Below are positions 25,754 through 35,901 of a DNA stretch of 64,000 nt, piece by piece. Both the position numbers and the translations under genes were made by a program. The DNA comes from Eledone cirrhosa (taxonomy: Eukaryota): positions 358,794,001-358,858,000 of the forward strand of contig OZ024743.1 of the NCBI GenBank assembly GCA_964016885.1, in the 5' to 3' direction. Position 1 is the first letter of the stretch. The number at the start of each line of letters is the position of its first letter. The notes under the pieces were generated by a model. The model was not told the origin of the DNA and made no database searches. It worked only from the letters and a program-made list of their open reading frames with translations.

Positions 25754-26094
25754 ATATAATAAACTTAACGGAAAATTTGTTTCCTTACAATTCATACTAA
25801 TTCGCATATCACACTTTCTTTCATATGAGTACTCATTTTTATTAAAATTAAAGAATGCCTACACACATGATAATAAATATGATATGTGAATTAGTACAAA
25901 ATGTAAGGGGAAAATTTTCCCTAATTCTGTTTTACATTTCGTAAATTTCCATGTTTTCGTTTTCCCTTTTGATAAATTCTGTTTTTCCTATTTTATTTTA
26001 TTTCATGGGTAAATTACAATAAATTGCATTATAAATATCAAAGCAGAGACAAATTACCAAGTTTTAGGAACATATTAGTCACGAAAATTATTCT

Positions 26095-26161
26095 GCTGCG
26101 GGCCATAGTAAAGTAGCTTGTGGGTTACATGTGGTGCCAGGCCGTGTGTTTAAGACCCCTG
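26095..26161. mobile_element. Possible hAT-like MITE end
   Basis: GCGGGCC...CATGTGG...GGCCG...AGACCCCTG resembles the ends of hAT non-autonomous elements. No partner end found. Confidence 0.3.
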
Positions 26162-26271
26162 GTTTAGTCCTTGTTAATTGTCAAGTGATAGAAACATATA
26201 TTCTAGCTGGGAATGAGCGCATGGCATAGACGAGCAATACAGTTGTTTTCACCATCAGTATTGCACCATGT

Positions 26272-26430
26272 AGGCGGCGAATTGACAGAGCCGTAAGGTG
26301 GAACGTCAGAGAGAATGTTTTACAGTATTCATTTCTGTTCTCTGCACTGTTTGAGTTCAAACTTCACCGAAATCAACTTTGCCTTTCATCCTTTCCAGGT
26401 TGATAAAAAAAAACACCAGTCCGGTACTAA
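26272..26430 (+). mobile_element. tRNA-derived SINE (degenerate)
   Basis: GGCGGCGAATTGACAGAG...GAGTTCAAAC...TTTGCCTTTCATCC. Confidence 0.75.
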
Positions 26431-26555
26431 GGCTGTTTCTTTCTCCCTATCTCTTTCTCACCCCTCTCTCATTCGCGGAAATTTAGTAGACGGAAATTGT
26501 TTGGAAGCCCGATGGATGAATTCAAACGACCAGTCTTGTCACACCGAATCTGAAA

Positions 26556-26855
26556 ATTAGGGTGTAACATGCGCTTACGTCGTATTTGACTACATAGAAT
26601 TAGTCTGTTAGTTGGGATTTAAAAAAAACCCTCTGAATGGAAAAAAAGGATGAGTATTGACGTACATGGAATACGAAGCCACATCTTTGGTTTGACGGAC
26701 CAATGTGTTACCATTACACCAACACGCCACCCATGCTCCTCTCCATTCAATTAGAAGCTATATAACCATCCTTTGTTCCATTAAGAGTTTTTCTTTAAAT
26801 CCCAACTAACAGACTATGTAGTCATATTCGGCGTAAGCACATGTTACTACCTAAT
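26556..26855. mobile_element. ~300-bp element with ~100-bp imperfect inverted repeats enclosing a tRNA-like sequence
   Basis: Arm 26556-26657 is the approximate reverse complement of 26761-26855 (e.g. TAGTCTGTTAGTTGGGATTTAAA / TTTAAATCCCAACTAACAGACTA). Confidence 0.75.
26658..26728 (-). tRNA. tRNA-like cloverleaf, anticodon GTC (Asp); probable pseudogene or SINE head
   Basis: GGCGTGT TG GTGT-AATGGTA-ACAC A TTGGT-CCGTCAA-ACCAA AGAT GTGGC-TTCGTAT-TCCAT GTACGTC A. Acceptor stem has three G-U pairs, T arm has a mismatch. T7 run 10 nt downstream. Confidence 0.6.
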
Positions 26856-26860
26856 ATATA

Positions 26861-27081
26861 TATGTCCCTCTTATTTTTTCAATAATGTCATCTTTTCAAT
26901 AGTGTCACTTTGACGAATCAAAGAAATGGTACCCTTAAAATATATATAATAGAATAAATATGGTTTTATAAATATAGTTTCCATTTATTTAATATCAATT
27001 GAATACTTACTCCAGAAACAGTTGAGTGCTTTGAATCAGTTGTAAACATCTATATTTGTTGGATTTCCAACAAATTAAATA

Positions 27082-27139
<58 letters not shown>

Positions 27140-27290
27140 GGAGTAAGTATTCAATTGATATTAAATAAATGGAAACTATATTTATAAAACCATATTTATT
27201 CTATTATATATATTTCAAGGGTACCATTTTTTTGATTCGTCAAAGTGACACTATTGAAAAGATGACATTATTGAAAAAATAAGAGGGACA
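26861..27290. repeat. Inverted repeat, ~155-bp arms around a spacer containing (TA)n
   Basis: 26861-27016 is a near-perfect reverse complement of 27136-27290. Confidence 0.9.
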
Positions 27291-27473
27291 ATTCTTTTAA
27301 AAAAGAGTTTTATAATTTATATAAAGTATATAAAGTATTACCGGTTTCGATATATTATTAAAATTCATCTTATGAAATGTTGAGTATTACAATTAAAAAG
27401 AATTAATAGGAAAAACTAAAAATTAAAGATTTAAAATTAAGTGTTGGAATAAGTTTTTTTCCCATCTTCCTTG

Positions 27474-27561
<88 letters not shown>

Positions 27562-27563
<2 letters not shown>

Positions 27564-28047
27564 GAAAGGATGAATATAAAATGAAAGTGCTTTTTTTAAA
27601 AAAGGAATTTATTAGGTATTGACATATGTTTCTGTAACAGACGGAATACCTATGTATCGCTGCTTGCGTAATCATATAATGTTAGCAAGTATTCGATAGC
27701 AAATGTATAATCAGTTGTCACTTCTTCAGAGATTTTGGATAAATTGGATAAAATCAGAAAAATTGAAGTATTTATATTAGTAATAGAGGAAGAAACAGAG
27801 GGGATAGTATATGTTTCTTCCTCTATTACTAATATAAATACTTCAATTTTTCTGATTTTATCCAATTTATCCAAAATCTCTGAAGAAGTGACAACTGATT
27901 ATACATTTGCTATCGAATACTTGCTAACATTATATGATTACGCAAGCAGCGATACATAGGTATTCCGTCTGTTACAGAAACATATGTCAATACCTAATAA
28001 ATTCCTTTTTTAAAAAAAGCACTTTCATTTTATATTCATCCTTTCTA
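27562..28047. repeat. Near-perfect palindrome, ~235-bp arms with a ~14-nt spacer
   Basis: 27562-27797 is the reverse complement of 27812-28047. This explains the twin ORFs 27650-27874 and 27735-27959. Confidence 0.95.
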
Positions 28048-28180
28048 CATTTTCTCCGGAATATAATTTATACTCGTTGAGCAAACCTGCACGTACGCTG
28101 TTCATCTCTAACGTAACGATATATTATCACTACATTATTGATAACCTGAAACTTTATATATATATATATATATATATATA

Positions 28181-28233
28181 GTCCCATGGACTGAGTGCTC
28201 TACCACTACGGATATTACCTTCCAGTGTTCTAC

Positions 28234-28299
<66 letters not shown>

Positions 28300-28352
28300 G
28301 TAGAACACTGGAAGGTAATATCCGTAGTGGTAGAGCACTCAGTCCATGGGAC
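28181..28352. repeat. Perfect 56-bp inverted repeat around (TA)n, formed by the PLE 3' terminus
   Basis: GTCCCATGGACTGAGTGC...TCTACCAC-(TA)n-GTGGTAGA...GCACTCAGTCCATGGGAC. Confidence 0.92.
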
Positions 28353-28388
28353 GAGTTAGGTAGAAGTGGTTACACAACAGTTAGTTCA

Positions 28389-28438
28389 CCATACCGAGAA
28401 CAATTGTTTCACCTTAGCGGATCCTCAGCTCGTAATGG
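28389..28438 (-). ncRNA. Minimal type I hammerhead ribozyme in the PLE pseudo-LTR
   Basis: CGAG-CTGAGGA-TCCGCTAAGGT-GAAA-CAATTG-TT-CTCG, with a CCAT/ATGG extension of stem I. Confidence 0.78.
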
Positions 28439-28598
28439 ACATGGTTATACGGAACAGGAAGGACAACCGTACGAACGCGCATGCGCAGAAACCGTCACTT
28501 CACACAGGCAATACTAAAAAGCGTGCGAGAGGTGTAAGGGAGATAACTGCGAAAGTCCGAAAACTTTCTAGTTGATAAGAAAATTAGGATGTTGTGAT

Positions 28599-29096
28599 TC
28601 AATCCGGAGCTTTGTAGTTATGTAAGAGATGTTTCGAGACGTGTGGACAACGTATGCAGATTTCATTTCTCGTGTTTAGGCAATCACTATTGCATAATCT
28701 CTTTAGAATATTTATTCGTTCATCAATACATAGTCCACACGACGGATTTCCCCTTGCATATGGCTTGGACTTAGTGATGGCTTTCCATTGAATGGAGTAG
28801 TCTATACTTGAGTCTTTGAGGGACCATACGTGGCTCACGAGTTTCGTGGATGAACGTCTGTCCGGGTACCTAAAGGTCGACTGGTGGTTCAGGAAGCGTT
28901 CCTTAAATCGGCCCTCCGCCATACCCTCATAGGATTTGACCTCCTGTGGTTGATTTGGTTGGTTGGAAGTAACCAGAGTTTCATAAATTACAACGGGTAT
29001 ATTCCATTGCTGTTGAAGGGGACAAGCTTCGGGCTTACGGCAAGAGCACCCTGGAAGGGTGTTGCTCTTAGGACTGTTGGTGATGTGGGCCTTCAT
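28599..29096 (-). CDS. PLE GIY-YIG endonuclease domain (fragment)
   Basis: CSC..CPL, VIY..YEG...FKERFLNH, CGLC..E, LN.RNE...CPH. Confidence 0.8.
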   Translation of the reverse strand: MKAHITNSPKSNTLPGCSCRKPEACPLQQQWNIPVVIYETLVTSNQPNQPQEVKSYEGMAEGRFKERFLNHQSTFRYPDRRSSTKLVSHVWSLKDSSIDYSIQWKAITKSKPYARGNPSCGLCIDERINILKRLCNSDCLNTRNEICIRCPHVSKHLLHNYKAPD

Positions 29097-29639
29097 GTTC
29101 TTAGCGCAGGAGTACCCTAGTTTTACTTTGTGTCGGTTAAAGATGGAGCGGTATGTATGACCTATGGGGAAGTGTCTATCTAAGAGGGCTAGACATTTTT
29201 TTCCTACATTGGTTTTAACGTTGAGTGAGAAGGGAGGAGAGAACCAGATAGTTTGTCTATTGATGCGCTTACTTTTTTTAATGGTGTTGTTGCTAGTGGG
29301 AGAATAGGTGATAGGTTGTGAGAAGCCGCTGTTAGCTAACGCCGTGTTATAGTAGGGTGCCGCCCTGTCAAAGATAGCCTTATTAGAGGAGAGGTTTGAG
29401 ATTCTAGTACTGATATTATTTACGAAGTTTCTAAAAACAGTGGGAGGGTGGCATGAGTCCTTGTGAATGTAATTGAGTTTTTCGTTTAGCTTATGGAAGG
29501 GTCTGTAGGTGTGTGTCTAAGAAATCTACGCTAGAAAGGTTGGTAGCTACTGTTATCCTAAGTCCTAACTCATTGAAGGTAGAAGCTAAGTCTTTTTTAA
29601 ACCGGTCGAGGTCGTGACCACATTTATGGCTCGATAAGG

Positions 29640-30862
29640 TCAGTTGGAGAGTATGTTGATTTGGTCTGTTGTTAATTCTTTAAAGGTTAAATTAACAATT
29701 TTTATTACATTTTGTGTCTCCTGTGTGTTTTGTGTTATCTTGTTACCCTGTGTCTGTGTACTGTGTCTAAAAAATGATTACGGAAGTTGTGGTGGCTGTT
29801 GAAGTTTGGATGTATCTTATGGTTGTATTGGCCCCTGCTGTTGTTGTTAGATGGACAACATTTCACAGTTAAACACAACTTTACATGTGCATCTGAAAAC
29901 CTAATCTATGTTTTGACCTGCTCAGGTTGTCAAGAGCACTACATAGGACAGACAAAAACAGCCTCCGACAACGTATGACCGTCCATAAATCACAAATCAA
30001 AATACAGGAATACAGAAAGATTGCGTTTAGTGAACATATCGCCAATTATGCCCCCCAACCAACATCCAAATTTAAAAATTTTCCCCATTTACAAAGCCAT
30101 AGACAACGCTACTTTCATCCATCGTACCAATAAGGAAACGTATTTCATTAACAAATTCCAACCTCTACTTAATGCACTAAACTTCGGACTAAACTAAAAC
30201 TGGAACGAACAATGAACCAAATACAAATACCTATGTCTCTCTAAAGAGTTACCTCCCTACACCCTACCTAATCCTTTTTCTTAAATAAATTAATTACTAT
30301 CCACCATTTCTCTCCCACCCTGAATTACTTCCCCCTGCATATTAACTCTCTAAAAAGGGAAATCATATCAAACCCCAGACCACCATTTGCCTCCATCATG
30401 GATTAACTAAACACTCTTGCTATATTAACACATTTTGATCTGCTTATCTTCAAGAACTATGCCTGTAAATAACATTTTTTTTCTTTCACGTTGCCTTATT
30501 ATGTTTCACATTACGCCCCTTTTTTTCTTTTTTCTTTTCACGTCATAAACCTTGTTTGTAAATAACATTATTCTTTCTGCACCATTTCCTTACCATGTTC
30601 AACACCACCATTCTACACCAATACATATTATTATCATTTGATAATGCATAAAAATGCTGAAACCGGTAATAGACAATTATTAAATATATAATTAAATAAA
30701 TAAATGCCATTGTTAATTAATAAATAAATCAACTAATACCTTAACACTTCACACAAAGTAAAATATTTCGTTTTAATCATTTTCTAACCCAGAAAAAAGA
30801 GAGACAAAATAAAAAGGAAAAAAATACATTTTCCTTCCTAATAATCGTCTTTTTCTCCCTGT

Positions 30863-30868
<6 letters not shown>
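29640..30868. mobile_element. Neptune-type PLE fragment with an inverted 5' piece
   Basis: 29640-29850 (minus) is homologous to 4250-4420. 29850-30180 (plus) encodes VKHNFTCASENLIYVLTCSGC..YIGQT. It is followed by a pseudo-LTR ending at (TA)n. Confidence 0.8.
30630..30677 (+). ncRNA. Minimal hammerhead-like motif with a U3-A8 core
   Basis: CAT-TTGATAA-TGCATAAAAATGCT-GAAA-CCGG-TA-ATAGA. Stem I is imperfect. Confidence 0.55.
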
Positions 30869-30923
<55 letters not shown>

Positions 30924-31197
30924 AAATCTATCAACCATGACTGACCCCCACTGATCTTATAGACACCTGTTAGCTTAAGAGAAACTTAATAATAAGGAGT
31001 GGCACCCCATCCTGAACCTGTTTATAGAATTCTTTCTGCCTTTGTTACTCTAAAAATAAAAATAAACTATAGCTTTGTAGAATTAGCTTTTAATGAATTC
31101 CCTTTTCTATCAACCAATGACCTACACCCATCCCACTCCCCACCCTCTCCTACCACTTGAAGAGACCTATAAATACCATACTTATTTTTTGATACCC

Positions 31198-31248
31198 AGA
31201 TTCCTGATGATTTCTAAAGAATGAAACAGTTCTAGTCCTGTAGAATCT
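31198..31248 (+). ncRNA. Type I hammerhead ribozyme in a solo pseudo-LTR-like segment (30920-31265)
   Basis: AGATTC-CTGATGA-TTTCTAAAGAAT-GAAA-CAG-TTCTAGTC-CTG-TA-GAATCT. TATAAATA lies ~30 nt upstream. Confidence 0.8.
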
Positions 31249-31264
31249 CACCTATATTAAAACT

Positions 31265-31298
<34 letters not shown>

Positions 31299-31341
31299 TG
31301 TATGTATGTATGTATGTATGTATGTATGTATGTATGTATAT

Positions 31342-31949
31342 GTCAGGTCACCACTTGGTGCTACTGGTAACATGTATCCCAGTACAACCTGTCTCATGGT
31401 CGGGTCGTTGGCGACTAAACTGGCAATCCCACCAAGGTTTCTTGGTGAGGAGGGTGACTTTGGACATCCTGCAGGACTAAAAACAAAACCTGTCAAAGGG
31501 CAAAGGAGCTCTTAAGAGTCAATGGCCATCCAAAATCACTGGGAGAGATGACCCCTTAGCCTTTGTCAAGGCAGAATTCTAGGAGAAGGAAAACTCTGAT
31601 ATAACACCTGCAACCCTGATGGTATCCAATGATGTTGACTTGTTCTTCTTTTTGGTAAATATCATCTTGGTTAAGACAGTGGGACTGGCTTTGTGCAGTG
31701 CCTTTGCTCACTATAAAAGCTTCACGGCACAGGCATTGCTTTATATCTGGAGATCTCTCTGCACTTGTCGTCACATGGTACCAACTACAAAGCACTATGT
31801 GTCAATAATTGTCACAAGTGTAGTGTTTGTACTAGAGTTTTCAAGTCGCTGGCTGGACTAAAAAGTCACACTCGTTCAGCGCATCGGTAGGGGTTCTCCT
31901 ACATGGATATAAAGTAGTGGCCGTACTCGAAAACGAGTTGGCAGCCACC

Positions 31950-31950
<1 letters not shown>
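31342..31950 (+). mobile_element. Internally deleted RTE-like element between (TATG)n arrays
   Basis: 5' part carries an RTE-UTR-like GGAGAAGGAAAACTCTGA. 3' part (31687-31950) encodes a C2H2 finger ([22 protein letters not shown]) and is shared with 60097-60360. Confidence 0.6.
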
Positions 31951-32590
<640 letters not shown>

Positions 32591-33399
32591 TATGAAGTAG
32601 CCAATCATCTATAATCATTGAAAAGCTTAAATAAAATTGTTGGTGCATGAACCTGTAAGACAGAAAATTATATGCCCAATCCAATTTAATTTGTGCGTAT
32701 ACGAACAAACAGCAACTGTCGCTTATTAACTAAACCCTAATTATCTAGAACCTGAAACTCCAAACTGGTAAACATTTGTCAAACATGGCAGAAAAAAATA
32801 GGTGTATGGCGAATTTCGTGTTGTCAGAGATTAGATTTGATAAAAACATTGAAAGTAATCACAAAATGAGAATTAATTTCGATCGAAAAGTCTTTGCTAA
32901 TTCTGAAACTGCAAAACTGCAAATTATTTCTTATGTTTGGATTGACGCAGTTGTATAAATCAAGTTTTGTTTGTAGCTGGAAAAATACATAAACAAATGA
33001 GAGAGAGAAGAATCTATTTCGTGTCATTGATGATATACTGGAGCTGTGTACGATTTTAGCAAAATTCATGAACAGAGATCTGTTAAAGACAGAAAAAATA
33101 ATGCCACGATTTGCACTAGATTTTATCAGTTATTCACACGATCTCTACCCCACCCTACGAAACGGATAACATGCAGAAAATACACGATTTAAAGTTATTT
33201 GTATGAGTCTTGTTTTCACCATAACAAACTTAATACTTACTTTTGGAAGTTTGTCTTAAATACGGAGAAAAAGAAAAGGAAAAAACAATCAAACAAAATA
33301 TGTAAGTTACTTCCATTAAGAAACCCTGTTCCGTTTCAAATACAAATCTCTCAATTCTTATCTATAGTTCTCATCTGCTGTCCAGACTAGAGTCTTTAT

Positions 33400-34788
33400 T
33401 CAGACTTAACTCTGTATTATAGTATCTGTATATATGTGGCATCAACCTTCTAGTCATCTATCTCATCTAGATATCAGCAATAAAGACTTCCAGTTACTCT
33501 GTTTCAAAATTATCAAAGTCCATACTCTGTCTGTATCCCTATCGAAACTTCTCAAACCATCATACCATTCACTGAAGACATCTATCTCATATCATTTCTA
33601 TTTGAAGTTTTTTGTTCTGAGTGACTTAAATATTCACAACTCTTCTTGCACTCCGTGCAGGCATACAAAGTAGTTTTTTTTTTACTCATTCTGAACTCTC
33701 TGCAACAGCTGGTATCATCCATCACCGACGCGTATCCCTAACCGACAGAAAGATAACCTGAACAATCTTAGTATCTTTCTTGCCTCCAAATTGAGACTAT
33801 ACCTATACTGATCTCATCGGATTGTCCGACTACTGCGTAATCAACTTAATCCACCACACACTTACATACTATACGGCATTCTCATCCTGAATTCTATGGT
33901 CAGAACTTCACCAATTATACATTATATACATTAGTTATTTCAGGCTTCACTCCTGATCAATGAGAAATAACTCACTTGTGTTTGACACCGTTCTCTTGGA
34001 CATGTTCCTCATGCACTCAAACTTCATAATGTCAAATGCCACAATGTTTTTCAACGGCACAAGCGAATAACACGGCCTACAACATCTCGAAAACCTCACC
34101 ACCATAACTCCTACACCAATATCATCCAAAACGTGAAAGATACCTTCGTAAACGTTCTCACTACTGCTTAATTAAAATGTATTAGTAAACAGTAGTCCCA
34201 CAGAGAAGCTTCCACATTTGCTGCTAGCATTCATCCAATTCCAAAATGCAAACACGGAATAAACTCCTCCAAAATCCTTTTCATCCAATCCACCAGTTTC
34301 ATCACCATATACCAAGAATTGAAGCGCGCCAAATACTAAAACACCTCCATAGGCTTCAACAAGACTACAAGCCTTGAGATTGCCGCTCCCATTAACCTTG
34401 AATAATGGAGTCTAGAGCAAACCCTTGTCACTAAATTCTTCCATTTATTTCTGTCTACAGGGATCTACCAAACTATTTGGGATTATGAACAAAGGCCAAC
34501 TCTCTAACTCTGCTAACTCTCGATCTGTCGATTTAACTTCTAACACTTCAAAGATAATCCAAACAGTTGTTAATGACCTTTTTCTCCAACAAATTGAATC
34601 TCCCTCCGTTCTCAGTATACGGCTTCTGTAGATAGAAATTTATCTATCGAGGATTTGGACTACTATGTTATTTCCTTGCAGTTTCATGCCATTGAGAAGT
34701 TCAGCGAAAGCGTGTGCTAAAGCGTCCTTCTCTGACCCACACTTTGTCAAGTCTGGTTCGTTTTAAGGTTCATTTAGAGCCCTTCTTC
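33400..34788 (+). pseudogene. Old CR1/Jockey-like LINE relic (AP endonuclease to RT start), resuming at ~39217-39720
   Basis: Degenerate motifs LSDLNIHN, PTRIP, IGLSD, RSVDLTS..SKII. After the LTR element: LFLLYINNL..NADNT. Confidence 0.55.
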
Positions 34789-35069
34789 AGTTAGGAAGAT
34801 CAACAGGTGAGAATCGAAATCTCGACCTTCAGATTATCAAGGAAGACCAGGTCATTGCTTTTCTACGAATGTAAAATAATCCACTCAAGAAAAAGATAGA
34901 TGTGTGAATATTTGGCATGCAAAATAGATTGGTCGAAACTAGGACAAGTATCACTTATTGGGCGAATCTACTATTGTCCAATCAGAGTATGACACGCATT
35001 TACGTTTCAGAAAATTCTAAAGCCTTAACTGCATATAAATATAGAGGGCATTTTGTAATTTTTGGTAGT

Positions 35070-35428
35070 TTGTTCAACTTCAAAAAGTCAGCGGTTCTCT
35101 CTCCTAAACCGGAGTACACCAAAATTCTCATTGAAAAAAAAAATGACTCACTCATTCGAAGGATGCAGTAAGGGCGTTCCATTTGGACCAGGGAACGCCC
35201 AATGTTACCAACCCACACAATTTGAAGTACTTGTTTAAATCAAAGGGAAATCCTCACCATAATAGGCTACTGCAGGAGTTTGAAAATGAGATGATTTGCA
35301 TCATCTCTAACCTTAAATTCTCTTGTTGTCCATACCGGTCGCGTGTACCTGAGGAGCTTAGAAAACGGGATGACAAAACTAAGAGTCGACCGGAAAACTC
35401 GTCCATGCTGACAAACCTACAGCATGGA
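35070..35428 (+). pseudogene. PLE (Hydra-type) N-terminal fragment inserted in the 5' LTR
   Basis: LIRRM..YLFKSKGNP..LLQEFENEMICIISNLKF resembles ORF 63683-63973 (DDFENDFLIMVRNVKY). Confidence 0.6.
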
Positions 35429-35429
35429 C

Positions 35430-35518
<89 letters not shown>

Positions 35519-35554
35519 GATTGGTGCTCTGAAATAGCGATGTATACATGAATG

Positions 35555-35840
35555 TATACCGTATGTTTAATTAAAAACATTTTGAAGACCATACGCTATC
35601 GGTTTTAAAGTAGTGACTATGTCACTTACTACTTTTCGGTGAATTACTGGAATTATATAAGAAACCAGCTTCTATAATTTTCGACGAAAGCAGGGAGTGC
35701 GTGGCTCTGATGATCGCCAACAGCGTGAAACAGACTATTAGCTTATCTCCCTTCTTTCGCTGAAAAGAAGTGACTTAGTCACTACTTTAAAACCGATAGT
35801 GTATGGTCTTCAAAATGTTTTTAATTAAACATACGGTATA
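35555..35840. mobile_element. ~285-bp element with ~73-bp inverted repeats enclosing a hammerhead motif
   Basis: TATACCGTATGTTTAATTAAAAACATTTTGAAGACCATAC...GTCACTT matches AAGTGAC...GTATGGTCTTCAAAATGTTTTTAATTAAACATACGGTATA. Confidence 0.85.
35685..35759 (+). ncRNA. Type I hammerhead motif with long stem I (one stem III mismatch)
   Basis: CGAAAGCAGGGAG..GCT-CTGATGA-TCGCCAACAGCGT-GAAA-CAGACTA-TT-AGC..CTCCCTTCTTTCG. Confidence 0.68.
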
Positions 35841-35863
35841 TTGCCAAATATACTATACATACA

Positions 35864-35901
<38 letters not shown>

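Larger units (their letters stand above)
28297..29625 (-). mobile_element. 5'-truncated Penelope-like element (Hydra-type) with 3' pseudo-LTR
   Basis: RT thumb remnants (YRPFHK..YIHKDSCHPP, YYNTALANSG, WFSPPFS) and a GIY-YIG ORF 28599-29096 preceded by CSCRKPEACPL (CxCx5C). Hammerhead downstream; ends in (TA)n. Confidence 0.85.

Noticed and set aside
27335-27385. Minus-strand GAAA-CCGG-TA preceded by AAGATGA (hammerhead-like)
   Set aside because: The core lacks CU, and stems I and II do not pair convincingly. At most a decayed pseudo-LTR ribozyme.
27650-27959. Twin 74-aa ORFs with near-identical sequence
   Set aside because: A by-product of the palindrome, not a duplicated gene.
31342-31430. 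Possible HDV-like ribozyme in the RTE-like 5' region (CCAGT/ACTGG, ACC..GGT, GTCG/CGAC)
   Set aside because: I could not assign P1, P1.1 or the L3 consensus in the right order.
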